DNA of 45,768 bases from a virus (IMGVR_UViG_3300020045_008410:1-45768), one strand, 5' to 3'; counted from the stretch's first letter, positions 18,928-28,334 are shown. The notes: a model not told the origin generated them from the sequence alone. Translations and numbers: made by a program.

Positions 18928-19153
18928 ATTTTTCATATTCAAAAAGTTTAATCAATTCTTTTAAATGTTTAATTGTCCTGCAATTTGGAACTTCAACCCA
19001 TCCAATATTAAAAAAATGAATATCAACAGAATCCAATCCGCTAACTTCAATTTTAAATTTTTCTTTTGTTAATGTAAATTCTCTGAAATCCGTATTTTCT
19101 TCTGTGTAGGATATATCTATAAATCCCAATTCTAAAAGCTCATTATCTGTCAT
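18926..19153 (-). CDS. hypothetical phage protein
   Basis: 75 aa, LLELGF...IKHLKELI motif. Confidence 0.55.
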   Translation of the reverse strand: MTDNELLELGFIDISYTEENTDFREFTLTKEKFKIEVSGLDSVDIHFFNIGWVEVPNCRTIKHLKELIKLFEYEK

Positions 19154-19347
19154 AATTCTAATTTTAATTGTTTAGGCTTTTGCCATCCTGCTAATCCTGT
19201 ACTTAAATCAATCAAATCATTAAATACGCTATCTGTACACCAATGACCGCATTTAAAAATATAGGTTGTTCCTACAATCTTTTTTAACTCAAAAATTCTA
19301 TTTGAGTTCGGCTCTGGATATTTAAATAATTTCTTATTCTTTGCCAT
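19150..19347 (-). CDS. hypothetical protein
   Basis: 65 aa, coupled overlap. Confidence 0.5.
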   Translation of the reverse strand: MAKNKKLFKYPEPNSNRIFELKKIVGTTYIFKCGHWCTDSVFNDLIDLSTGLAGWQKPKQLKLEL

Positions 19348-19354
19348 GTTTTAA

Positions 19355-19552
19355 CTATTTACTTTCTATAAAACTCGAAAAACCTAATTGATAGTTAATA
19401 TATTTCCAACCTTCTTTTTTTACTATTTGCAAACTATCTCCGTAAGTCATTATTTGCTTTATAACTCTTTCGCCTTTGGTACAAATAACCTCGATTTGAG
19501 TTTCTAATGGTAAAAGTGGTTTGTGATCGGTTTCTTCTTTTTTCTTTGCCAT
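19355..19552 (-). CDS. hypothetical protein
   Basis: 65 aa, coupled overlap. Confidence 0.5.
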   Translation of the reverse strand: MAKKKEETDHKPLLPLETQIEVICTKGERVIKQIMTYGDSLQIVKKEGWKYINYQLGFSSFIESK

Positions 19553-20115
19553 TATTTTAAACTTCTAAATATTTGTTTTCTTAATATTGCATAATAACTT
19601 TTTTCTACTTCTAAAAAGGTTTTTTTATAATAAGCATTATTAGTTTTTCTTTTTTTAGTAAAAATATCTATTTGAGTCATTCCTTCTAAAAAAAGTTCTT
19701 TACTACATCTACCTTCTGAATAATTATACAAAGCTATTGTTTGGTAATAAAATTGAATATTGCTTTTTAAAATATGATATTTTCCATGTTCAACTTCTTT
19801 ACAAAAAGCTAAAACATTTTTTTTATTTAAACCTAAACTCGTTTTATCAATTCTTTTTAATTCATCTTTAAATTCATTTGCTTTATCAATAAGTTTATTA
19901 ATTGTTTTATTATGTTCAAATATAAAATCAGTAGGTTTTGTTTCTCCTCCGAAAACTTCATTTATAAAATTCGATGTTTTTTCAGCTTCAAAATAATTAT
20001 TTTCAGTTTTTAAAATGCACTCATTAATATAAATTTCTCTATAATCTGCATACAATTTTGATAAAGCATAAACTCTTAATATTCTTTGTTTTTGTTGAAT
20101 TTTTCTTATACTCAT
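19552..20115 (-). CDS. hypothetical protein
   Basis: 187 aa, very AT-rich, ATGA-coupled to KilA-N gene. Confidence 0.55.
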   Translation of the reverse strand: MSIRKIQQKQRILRVYALSKLYADYREIYINECILKTENNYFEAEKTSNFINEVFGGETKPTDFIFEHNKTINKLIDKANEFKDELKRIDKTSLGLNKKNVLAFCKEVEHGKYHILKSNIQFYYQTIALYNYSEGRCSKELFLEGMTQIDIFTKKRKTNNAYYKKTFLEVEKSYYAILRKQIFRSLK

Positions 20116-20726
20116 TTTTTATTTTCTAATGCTTTATCAACTCCAATTTTTACTGCATCGTTATTTTCTCTTAAAACACCAGAAAGTAAAGCTATGTTTT
20201 CATGTATTTTATCTCTTAATTCAAGTTGTTCTTGAGTTGCATGTTCCCAATCTTTAACTTTAAGTTTTTCTTTAATATAATTTGCTACTTTAACAATGTA
20301 TTTATGAAATTCACTTTTGTTTTTTGAGTTTTCAAATAAAGAACCACACATTTTTTTATAACTAATTCCACTATCATTACGATATTTTAAAAGCTCATCA
20401 TAAAGCCATTCGTAAACTTGTATTTTAAATTTTGGATTTAATGCTAATGCTATATCAATAAATAATAATGGATGTACCCAAGTTTGTGAATTACGACCTC
20501 TACCAGAAACTAAAACAAATTCATTAGATTTTTGTAATTCCTCAATAAATTCTTTTGTCGATTTTGAATTTAAAAATTGTGAAAGATTAAAAGATTGAAT
20601 TCCTAATTCTCTTCTTTTAATATTTCCTATTCTGATTAAATCAGTTGCTGAAAATAATTCTGATTTACTTTTTTGAGAAATTTCTCCACCCATAAAAGGT
20701 CTTTTTAAAATAACTTCTGTTTTCAT
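20112..20726 (-). CDS. KilA-N domain DNA-binding protein
   Basis: FSATDL...FLNSKSTKEFIEEL...GRGRNSQTWVHPLLFIDIALALNPKFK..VY.W; -7 box at 20752-20759. Confidence 0.85.
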   Translation of the reverse strand: MKTEVILKRPFMGGEISQKSKSELFSATDLIRIGNIKRRELGIQSFNLSQFLNSKSTKEFIEELQKSNEFVLVSGRGRNSQTWVHPLLFIDIALALNPKFKIQVYEWLYDELLKYRNDSGISYKKMCGSLFENSKNKSEFHKYIVKVANYIKEKLKVKDWEHATQEQLELRDKIHENIALLSGVLRENNDAVKIGVDKALENKK

Positions 20727-20807
20727 ATTTTTAAATATTTAAATTATGGCTCAAATATAAATATTTATTTTAATATATTTAAATTAAAGTTGTTTTTTAT
20801 ATAATTT

Positions 20808-20843
20808 AAAAACCATTGAACTTTTTTTAATTCAATGGTTTTT
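20808..20843. terminator. bidirectional terminator
   Basis: perfect 13-bp inverted repeat AAAAACCATTGAA/TTCAATGGTTTTT. Confidence 0.65.
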
Positions 20844-20893
20844 AATAAAATATTTTTAAAATAGTATTTAATATAATTGCATTAAATACTATT

Positions 20894-21523
20894 TTAGTAA
20901 ATTCCAATTTGCTCATTAAATTTATATCTCAACTCCAAACGTTCTAAAGTTGAAAACTTTCTATCCTGCAATTTTAACCATTTTGAAATACCTCTACAAA
21001 TTGAAATTTTACTTTGAATATCTTGAATAGTTAGGTTAATTGATTTAATTGATTTTAAAGCCTCAATTTGCTCAAAAACTTCAATTCCGAATAAATCTAT
21101 TAATCCTTTTTTAAATTCCAATGGTTCGCCTCCTTTTGCTCCGTTGCTGTCGAAATCTTGACCAAATATGTTAAGTAAATTAAATCTCAAAGTTTCATTT
21201 GCTCCAACTCCTACATAATGACCTGCAGTAATCAATTTCATTCGTTTGTTTTTATTGCAAATACACGGATGACCTTTATCAATTAATCGAATTATCAAAT
21301 TAATTTCAGTTTGCAAATCCACTTTGTAATCACTCAATGATTTTGATTTTTCAATCACTTTATTTGTTTTGCTAACTTTTGGTATTGTGTAAATTTTTTT
21401 TTCTTTTGGGTTTTCGTTTTTTAATGCACATTTCGGACTGCAATATTTATCCGTAGTTCGATATTTTTTAAATTCTTTTTTGCATTCTTTACAAGTTCCA
21501 AATTCTTTGATTTTTATTGCCAT
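20894..21523 (-). CDS. NinG/Rap-like recombination endonuclease
   Basis: N-terminal CKEC...YCSPKC; LQ..IN.IIRLIDKG.PCIC...AGHY...LRFNLLNI.GQ. Confidence 0.75.
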   Translation of the reverse strand: MAIKIKEFGTCKECKKEFKKYRTTDKYCSPKCALKNENPKEKKIYTIPKVSKTNKVIEKSKSLSDYKVDLQTEINLIIRLIDKGHPCICNKNKRMKLITAGHYVGVGANETLRFNLLNIFGQDFDSNGAKGGEPLEFKKGLIDLFGIEVFEQIEALKSIKSINLTIQDIQSKISICRGISKWLKLQDRKFSTLERLELRYKFNEQIGIY

Positions 21524-21535
21524 AATTAAAAGATT

Positions 21536-21573
21536 AAAAAAACCATTTTGTTAATGTCAACAAAATGGTTTTT
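21536..21573. terminator. bidirectional terminator
   Basis: AAAAACCATTTTGTT/AACAAAATGGTTTTT inverted repeat. Confidence 0.65.
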
Positions 21574-21581
21574 ATTAAATA

Positions 21582-22166
21582 CTATTCTTGTTTTTGTTGA
21601 TCCTCGTCTAATAATGATGTCTGGTTTGGGTCTTTATCTTCTTTTACTTTTTTGACTCCAAATTCGCCTTTAAATAAGTAATTGTAAGCTCTTATTTTTA
21701 CTTCATTAGCTAAATCCATTAATTCATCTCCGTAGCTTATGTTTTCCGCTTCAAAATAAATTCTAGGACTTGAATAACCGTAACCACCACCATTGGTTAT
21801 TTTTCTATAACCAGAAATTTGTAATCCTTCTTTTTCTCCCGAAATAAATCTAACTCCAGAAACATTGTGATTTTCAATTTCTTCATCTAATTTGCTTAAT
21901 GCTACTTTTCCGTTGTCAAAGTCTCCTTGTGGAATTATTTCCCTAGCAAATTTAAAACCTTCTAAATGTCCGCTTGCTTCTGCAAATATTTCTTTTAACG
22001 CATCCAATGAATCTAAAAGTTTTTCACTTGGTAAATCTTTTCCTTCTGGATGTTCTAACCTGTTTGGGTTCTCTAAGTTAAAATACTTAATGTCAACTGA
22101 TTTATTGACTACTTTGATACTTACTAAATCAAAGTTTTCAAATGTAATGTTAGCTTTTTTGCTCAT
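21582..22166 (-). CDS. hypothetical phage protein
   Basis: 194 aa; C-terminal DPNQTSLL resembles a clamp-binding-type motif. Confidence 0.6.
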   Translation of the reverse strand: MSKKANITFENFDLVSIKVVNKSVDIKYFNLENPNRLEHPEGKDLPSEKLLDSLDALKEIFAEASGHLEGFKFAREIIPQGDFDNGKVALSKLDEEIENHNVSGVRFISGEKEGLQISGYRKITNGGGYGYSSPRIYFEAENISYGDELMDLANEVKIRAYNYLFKGEFGVKKVKEDKDPNQTSLLDEDQQKQE

Positions 22167-22178
22167 TTTAAATTGATT

Positions 22179-22427
22179 TTAATTAATTAAATTTTCTATT
22201 ACTTCTATAAAATCTTGAACGGTTTTGATGTTTTCAACTTCACTATCTGGAATTGAAATATCAAACTCATTTTCAAACTGAATAGTTAGTTCGACTTCAT
22301 CTAAACTATCCGCTCCTAAATCGTCTTTTAAAAGTGAATCGTCTTTAATTTCGTTTACATCAACTTCCAAATGATTTGAAATAATTTCAAATGCTTTTGC
22401 TTTTTGATCTTCTGTTAATTTACTCAT
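22179..22427 (-). CDS. acpP: acyl carrier protein
   Basis: 82 aa, acidic; DDLGADSLDEVEL...FENEFDISIPD...IKTVQD with intact phosphopantetheinyl Ser (DSL). Confidence 0.95.
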   Translation of the reverse strand: MSKLTEDQKAKAFEIISNHLEVDVNEIKDDSLLKDDLGADSLDEVELTIQFENEFDISIPDSEVENIKTVQDFIEVIENLIN

Positions 22428-22511
22428 TGTTTTTAATTATTAATTGTTTTTACTCGATTATGTAACCTGCTATTATCCATTTTCCGTAATGGTACTTGTA
22501 ATATGGTATTC

Positions 22512-22856
22512 TCATTTTAATTTATTTAATCTACGTTTCTTTTTTTCTTGTGCATCGTATCGTAAATGACAAAGTTGGCACATTGCTTTTAATCTATCGT
22601 CGGTAACATCGTCATTAGTTTCATCGTGGTCCAAATGTGCTATTGTTAAAATTACTTTTACTCTTTTTGGTATATTAAAAGCGTCTCTATTATTTTGCAA
22701 TTCATCGCTCCAAACTGTTTTACCTTGAAACTTATAACTCCATAAAGTAGAAAAATTTTTTAATCCACAACATTCACATTTATTTTCTGCTCTATCTAAA
22801 ATTCTAAATCTTATTTGTTTCCAATCTTTCGGATATTTTGAATAATCTATTGGCAT
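22512..22856 (-). CDS. HNH endonuclease
   Basis: YPKDW...RAENKCECCG...LTIAHLDHD...LKAMCQLCHLRYD. Confidence 0.85.
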   Translation of the reverse strand: MPIDYSKYPKDWKQIRFRILDRAENKCECCGLKNFSTLWSYKFQGKTVWSDELQNNRDAFNIPKRVKVILTIAHLDHDETNDDVTDDRLKAMCQLCHLRYDAQEKKKRRLNKLK

Positions 22857-22858
22857 AA

Positions 22859-23392
22859 TTAAAATAAACTTTGGTTATCTTTATTTTGAATCCTTTCTAA
22901 AATCCAATTGTTATCATACTTCTCTTTTATTAAAGCAAATCTTAAAATACATAAACAATCTGCATTCCATAAATTTACTTGTGTTTCTGGGAACTCCTCT
23001 TGTGCATAATTTTTGTAAATGTTTTTTCTTTCAGTCGAACTCATTCCTCTTGTTTTAAATCCTAATTGACTTTGCCAAGTTTGAGAATAAACATCAATAT
23101 AACGAAAACCATAAAAAACTATTAAAGCAATTATCTCACTATGATTTTGAAGTAGCTTTTGAATCCTAAATTGTTTCCCTTTATTTTCCTCATCGGAATC
23201 ACTCATAAACATTTGAACTTTTTCAATGAAAACTAAAACATCACTATTGTTTTCTCTTACATAATCAAAATAAGTTTTTAAATCCCTCAAATCCTTTGGC
23301 ATTCGAATAACGTGTTCTAATCTGTCTTTTTTCCAAATCGCAATACCTCCGTTTGCTCCTGGATCAATTGATATGTAAGTTGTGTTTTTCAT
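22859..23392 (-). CDS. RuvC-like Holliday junction resolvase
   Basis: ISIDPGANGGIA...VFIEKV...QTWQ...NADCLCI. Confidence 0.75.
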   Translation of the reverse strand: MKNTTYISIDPGANGGIAIWKKDRLEHVIRMPKDLRDLKTYFDYVRENNSDVLVFIEKVQMFMSDSDEENKGKQFRIQKLLQNHSEIIALIVFYGFRYIDVYSQTWQSQLGFKTRGMSSTERKNIYKNYAQEEFPETQVNLWNADCLCILRFALIKEKYDNNWILERIQNKDNQSLF

Positions 23393-23393
23393 T

Positions 23394-25619
23394 TTAGAAT
23401 AATGTTAAAGTTGCGTTCTTTTCTGATACAAAGTCTTTATGATTTTTTGCGTTTAAAGCAAAATAACTTTCTTTAAGTTCTATCGAAATAGATTTTCTAT
23501 TCATTTTAATTCCGCAGCAACCTTCTGAACCAATACCACCAAACGGACTAAAAACCGTTTCTCCTTCATTTGAGTATAAATGTAATATTCTTTCAATGGT
23601 ATCTAACTGAAGTGGAGCAATATGTTTTTCATCATTTCCATCACGACCCGAACGATATTGCAAAGTTCTTGAGTAATCAATATCATACCAAACTGGCGAT
23701 GCATATTTTTGCCATAAATCAACTGGTAAATAATCTAATTTTGAACTATCAGTATCTTGATGTTTAATTGGCGTTTCGTTATCTCCTTCATTTCTGAAAA
23801 ATAAAATATAATCTGGAATTCCAACCCTCGACATAATACTGTCTTTTTTTATGGTTTTATGTAACAATCCTAATGCTTTTGTCCGTTGCATTTCGGTTAC
23901 TGGGTTTTTCCAAATTGTTGTGCGTGAATGATAAATAAATCCATTTTCTTGAAACCAATCAATTAACATTCCGCTAAAGTCACGCAATCCAATATATCCC
24001 TCTTTACCTTTTTGAATTGGCAAATCCATACAATGAATAGCGCACATTCTACCGATTTTTAGAACTCTTTTTAATTCTGGAATAAGAAATTTAAAATGTT
24101 GCTCAAATTGTTTGTAGTCGCTTACATTTCCCATGTCTTCTTCTTTATCTGAATAAACATAAAGCTCGGCAAATGGCGGAGAAAACACTACAATATCCGC
24201 ACAATTATCTGGTAACTTTTTAGTTTCTTGAACGCAATCCCCATTTATCAAATGATAGTTTTCTGTTTTAATTTCTTTGTTCATAATTTTTACTTTTGAT
24301 TTTGCTGTTTTATAGTTTGTTTCTGCTGAATATAAAGCCATTTCTTTGATTCTCTCAAAGTGTTGTTTTTCTTTTTCTAAAATAGTTTGCCTTACGTTGG
24401 TTTGACTTTCTGGAATAAGAATATGAACTATTACTTTGTTTTTTTGACCGAATCTATAACAACGTCTAACGGCTTGATAAAATGCTTCAAATTTAAAATC
24501 GTAACTCATAAAAACCATTTGACTACATTGTTGATAATTCATACCAAATGAAGCAATTGAAGTTTTGGTAATTAATGTTTTAAATTCATTGTTTGCAAAT
24601 CCGTTTAAATATTTTGCTTTGTATTCTGGTTTGTCAGAACCTTGAACATTTATTGCGTTTTGAAGTAATTTTGCAAGTGTATCCGTTTCGTTGTTTTTTA
24701 ATCCCCAAACAATTAATTGCTCATTGTTTTCTGTTGATATTTCATTTGTTTTTTCAACTCGTAAATCAAAACTTCTACTTAAATCTTTATGTAATTCTGT
24801 TGCTGAAACTGCTACATCTCCAAATAATGATTGACTTAAATTTTCAACTGGAATTATATGCTCAATGTATTCTATTTCTGGAAGTTCATATCCTGTTCCA
24901 TCAAATCCCAAAGTTTTAGGATTGTCAATTGCAATACTCCAACTTGCTACATATTTCCAAAATGCATCTTTTGCGTGTTTTCTTAATCTCCATTTTGAAG
25001 TTTCTCCACCATCGTGAACAAAGAACATTGCTAACATTTCTAAATAACTCATTCCTCCTAAAAATTCAGAATGTTGCCCTAATTCCATATGATCGTTTGG
25101 CGATGGTGTAGCTGTGCAGCATAATTTATAAGGAGTGTTTTTAAATAACTCTATTATCATTGATGAAATTTTACCATCACGTCCTTTTAAAATTGAGCTT
25201 TCATCTAAAACAATTCCAGAATAAATTGAAACGTCAATATTTTTTAATTGGTCATAATTTGCTATTTGAATAGATGCAAAATTAGGATTATTTATATCAT
25301 AACTCGCGTTTGTTATTTTGTATCCAAATTTAACTCCTTCTGCAATTGTTTGTTCTATAATTGCTAATGGTGCGAGTATTAAAACTGGTTTTTTTGTTTT
25401 AATATTAACTTGCTTTGACCATTCTATTTGACAAAAAGTTTTACCAAGACCGCAATCCAGAAATAAAGCAAATTTTCCTTTTTGTAATGCTACTTTTACG
25501 CTAAATTTTTGAAAGTCTTTTAATTGTTTGTTTAGTTTGTTTTCTGAAATTTCAAATCCGCTTTCAATAAATGTTTTCCTTTTTGTTTCTAAAAATGCTT
25601 CATAATCTAAATTACCCAT
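23394..25619 (-). CDS. SF2 helicase fused to amino (N4C/N6A) DNA methyltransferase
   Basis: LDCGLGKT, LDESS, TATP, QAVRRCYRFGQ; then GDC, FSPPF (motif IV), FSPFGGIGS (motif I) in beta-class order. Confidence 0.9.
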   Translation of the reverse strand: MGNLDYEAFLETKRKTFIESGFEISENKLNKQLKDFQKFSVKVALQKGKFALFLDCGLGKTFCQIEWSKQVNIKTKKPVLILAPLAIIEQTIAEGVKFGYKITNASYDINNPNFASIQIANYDQLKNIDVSIYSGIVLDESSILKGRDGKISSMIIELFKNTPYKLCCTATPSPNDHMELGQHSEFLGGMSYLEMLAMFFVHDGGETSKWRLRKHAKDAFWKYVASWSIAIDNPKTLGFDGTGYELPEIEYIEHIIPVENLSQSLFGDVAVSATELHKDLSRSFDLRVEKTNEISTENNEQLIVWGLKNNETDTLAKLLQNAINVQGSDKPEYKAKYLNGFANNEFKTLITKTSIASFGMNYQQCSQMVFMSYDFKFEAFYQAVRRCYRFGQKNKVIVHILIPESQTNVRQTILEKEKQHFERIKEMALYSAETNYKTAKSKVKIMNKEIKTENYHLINGDCVQETKKLPDNCADIVVFSPPFAELYVYSDKEEDMGNVSDYKQFEQHFKFLIPELKRVLKIGRMCAIHCMDLPIQKGKEGYIGLRDFSGMLIDWFQENGFIYHSRTTIWKNPVTEMQRTKALGLLHKTIKKDSIMSRVGIPDYILFFRNEGDNETPIKHQDTDSSKLDYLPVDLWQKYASPVWYDIDYSRTLQYRSGRDGNDEKHIAPLQLDTIERILHLYSNEGETVFSPFGGIGSEGCCGIKMNRKSISIELKESYFALNAKNHKDFVSEKNATLTLF

Positions 25620-25625
25620 AATTTT

Positions 25626-26537
25626 TTATTTGTTTTGTTTTAAAAATTCTCGAATGTCTTTTTTGTTTTGGATCAATGAATCGAAATAGTTTTTAATCGT
25701 TAGATTGTTTTCGATTCTTTGAGCTTCTAATTTTAAACCGTCAGTTAGTACTTTTTTATCGTAATTATCGATTAATTTCCTTTTATCAAGTTTAGATATG
25801 TGATTTGATATTAAAAGTCTGTTATACGCTTTTTTTACGTTTTCTTGTTGGTATGGTAATTTCTCGACTAACTTATTTTCGATTAAAATATTTATGTGTA
25901 CTTCTAAATCGAAATTTGGAATTGTTTGTTTTGTTTTGTAGTCATCAAAGGAAATAAAAATATCGTTAATTATCTCATTTGTAAGTCGTTTTTTTTCTTC
26001 TTCTGAAATTTGCGCTTCAACTTTTGGTAAATTTAGTCTTACTTTGTTCCATACTTCGCTAGTTTTTTTCTGATATGCATTTAAAACTCTAGTGTAAAAT
26101 TCATAGCTAAATTCTTGGTAATGGTTTTTATCTGGATTGCCCAATTTGTCTTTTGGTAGAAATTCATCTAATTGACCTACTGATAAAAGTTCAAATGCAA
26201 GAACTATCGAATTAAAACTTAAATTTGAATAGTAACGTGTTATTGCTTTCATAAATCTTGCACAAACGTACTTTTTATCGTTTTCATCTGCATACCATTT
26301 TTTAATTCCCAAATCTCTACAAATTAAAGGTACAATTACTGAAATTTGATTAATAATAAATTCATCTTTTAAATCCTTAATTATTGGATTTGTTGATGCA
26401 ATAGTAACCAAAGTATCAATATTTGATAACTTACTTTTAACCTCTGGAACTTGTAACATTAATTGTCTGGTTCGGATTAACTTGTTTTCCGATAGTTCAA
26501 ATAATTGTAAACTTTGATTTGTTTTTTCTGGTTTCAT
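25626..26537 (-). CDS. hypothetical replication-region protein
   Basis: 303 aa downstream of a putative replication protein; role from synteny only. Confidence 0.5.
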   Translation of the reverse strand: MKPEKTNQSLQLFELSENKLIRTRQLMLQVPEVKSKLSNIDTLVTIASTNPIIKDLKDEFIINQISVIVPLICRDLGIKKWYADENDKKYVCARFMKAITRYYSNLSFNSIVLAFELLSVGQLDEFLPKDKLGNPDKNHYQEFSYEFYTRVLNAYQKKTSEVWNKVRLNLPKVEAQISEEEKKRLTNEIINDIFISFDDYKTKQTIPNFDLEVHINILIENKLVEKLPYQQENVKKAYNRLLISNHISKLDKRKLIDNYDKKVLTDGLKLEAQRIENNLTIKNYFDSLIQNKKDIREFLKQNK

Positions 26538-26707
26538 AATGAAAAACGTATTATATCGCTAATAATTCCTGTAAATAAAATGAAAATCAAAATATGATAT
26601 CCAATTGAAATGTAAAAACAATCTTTAAAACTTGTTGTTTCTTTTAATATATTATAAAAAAACATTTGATGTATTTCTATTGATTCTATTATAGTTATTT
26701 TAAACAT
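26534..26707 (-). CDS. small hydrophobic protein (not in ORF track)
   Basis: read manually: MFKITIIESIEIHQMFF...IIRFSL*, 57 aa, fills the gap, ATGA overlap. Confidence 0.4.
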   Translation of the reverse strand: MFKITIIESIEIHQMFFYNILKETTSFKDCFYISIGYHILIFILFTGIISDIIRFSL

Positions 26708-26711
26708 AAAA

Positions 26712-27167
26712 TTACATATTAAGATAGTCTAGCATTGATTGACTTGAAATTGTTTCTTTTGGTAAATTTTCAATCATTTTTAACTTGTCTTTTTGAGTAT
26801 CCGAACGCATAAAATTTCTAGTTGTGGCTAACCATCCTTTTGATGTTCTTTTTTCATTTGGTTTCGTCAAACTCCAATCTTTAACGGCTTGAAAGTAATA
26901 AGTAATATCAACTCCCATTTGCTCTAAGTCTAAAAATTCTTTCTCAAAAATTCTCCAATTGCTAACGTTTGAGTTTTCAAAAGTAGTTTTTATTTCTGAA
27001 ATAGTTTCTTTTGTTCCAAATAACTCCGTTTGAATTGGTTTTTTTTTCTTTAAATTACGATTGTAAATTTGAATTGAAACCTTTGCTATCTGTTGAAGTT
27101 TTTTAAGCTCATCAATGCTCAAATGAGTTATTGAGTCATTCGATAAATCTATTGTTATTTTTTTCAT
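26712..27167 (-). CDS. putative replication protein
   Basis: YYFQAVKDWS...KGWLATTRNFMR resembles C-termini of phage replication initiators. Confidence 0.4.
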   Translation of the reverse strand: MKKITIDLSNDSITHLSIDELKKLQQIAKVSIQIYNRNLKKKKPIQTELFGTKETISEIKTTFENSNVSNWRIFEKEFLDLEQMGVDITYYFQAVKDWSLTKPNEKRTSKGWLATTRNFMRSDTQKDKLKMIENLPKETISSQSMLDYLNM

Positions 27168-27170
27168 TTT

Positions 27171-27974
27171 TTAAATTGGTAAATTCATTTTTTGCAATAT
27201 TGCTGTTGATACGTGAGTATATATTTCAGTTGTTTTACTTGATGAATGCCCTAAATGTTTTTGAATTATTCTTAAATCAGTATTTGCTTCTAATAATGCT
27301 GTTGCATTTGAATGTCTAAGTAAATGCATATGATATTCTTTTCCAATATATTTTTTAACAATTTGGTTGCAACTTCTATCGGAATATTGATTTGAAAATT
27401 GACCATTAAATAAGTATTCTTTTGGCTTATACTCTTTAAAATATATTCGTAATAAATCCAAAACTTTCGGACTTAATGGAACTATTCTATCTTTGTTTCC
27501 CTTAGAATTTCTAATCATAATAATCATTCTTTTACTATCAACATCAGTGATTAATAGATTTATAATTTCAGAAACTCGCATTCCAGTAGAATATGCTAAT
27601 GTCAATAATGCTTTATGCTTTGAGTTTTCAATTTTATCTAATTTACTTAACAGAAACTCCTTTTCAATTATTTTAGGTAACTTCTTTTCGGATCGAGGGT
27701 AATCGATGTATTTGAATTTCAAAGGCTGTTTAATAGTTTTAGAATAAAATAGTTTTAATGCCGATATAGCGTGGCACATTGAATTTCTAGTCTTAAATTG
27801 GAGTAACCACTGTTTAATTGACTGCTCATTTATTTTAGAAGGTTCTGTAAATTGACTATTAAAGTTTTTTAAAAATACTTCTACTTGACAACTATAATTT
27901 TTAATTGTGTTTTCAGAGTAATTTTTTAATCGTAAATCATTCCGATACATTTGTACATACTTAGGAATATTCAT
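27171..27974 (-). CDS. tyrosine recombinase (integron-integrase-like, no IntI insertion)
   Basis: LRLKNYSENTIKNY N-terminal SAM-like domain; catalytic set GMRVSE, KGNKDR, HLLRHS, LGH, TEIYTH. Confidence 0.93.
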   Translation of the reverse strand: MNIPKYVQMYRNDLRLKNYSENTIKNYSCQVEVFLKNFNSQFTEPSKINEQSIKQWLLQFKTRNSMCHAISALKLFYSKTIKQPLKFKYIDYPRSEKKLPKIIEKEFLLSKLDKIENSKHKALLTLAYSTGMRVSEIINLLITDVDSKRMIIMIRNSKGNKDRIVPLSPKVLDLLRIYFKEYKPKEYLFNGQFSNQYSDRSCNQIVKKYIGKEYHMHLLRHSNATALLEANTDLRIIQKHLGHSSSKTTEIYTHVSTAILQKMNLPI

Positions 27975-28032
27975 GGCTTATATATTGATTTTATTGGTTA
28001 TACATTTGATTTAGTACATATAGTAGTTATGC
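27975..28032 (+). promoter_or_regulatory. attI-like primary recombination site
   Basis: G^TTATGC core at 28026-28032, 52 bp upstream of the recombinase start, with no preceding hairpin arm; imperfect direct repeats ATATATTGATT/ATACATTTGATT. Confidence 0.7.
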
Positions 28033-28245
28033 CTCATTATAATCACATTCGGATAAAACTGGAAGTTCAGGATGATAACCATTATGAAGTAATACTTGTT
28101 TATATCTATTACAAATGTGCCTATCTTTATTTTTTTGCTTATTTTGTTCTTCTTCTGTAATATTTAGAAAAGAGCAGTTCTTACAAAAACGAGGCATAAC
28201 ATCGTGTATAAGAGATTGCTTAGATTGGTCTGTATCTTTCGACAT
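28027..28245 (-). CDS. cassette 1 ORF, small Cys-rich protein
   Basis: 72 aa, CKNC...C...C; starts in the attC1 loop, TAA stop lies in the attI core. Confidence 0.7.
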   Translation of the reverse strand: MSKDTDQSKQSLIHDVMPRFCKNCSFLNITEEEQNKQKNKDRHICNRYKQVLLHNGYHPELPVLSECDYNEA

Positions 28246-28328
28246 AATTTTTAAATTTAAAGATTAGTAATATTTTGGAGGTATCGGGTTCAATCGGCGC
28301 AACCTCCCATACACGCCGTCCGTTAGTG
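28194..28328 (+). repeat. attC-like site 1 (135 bp)
   Basis: GCATAAC-AT-CGTGTATAAGAGATTGC ... GCAACCTCCCATACACG-CCGTCC-GTTAGTG. Confidence 0.85.
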
Positions 28329-28334
28329 GCAAGC

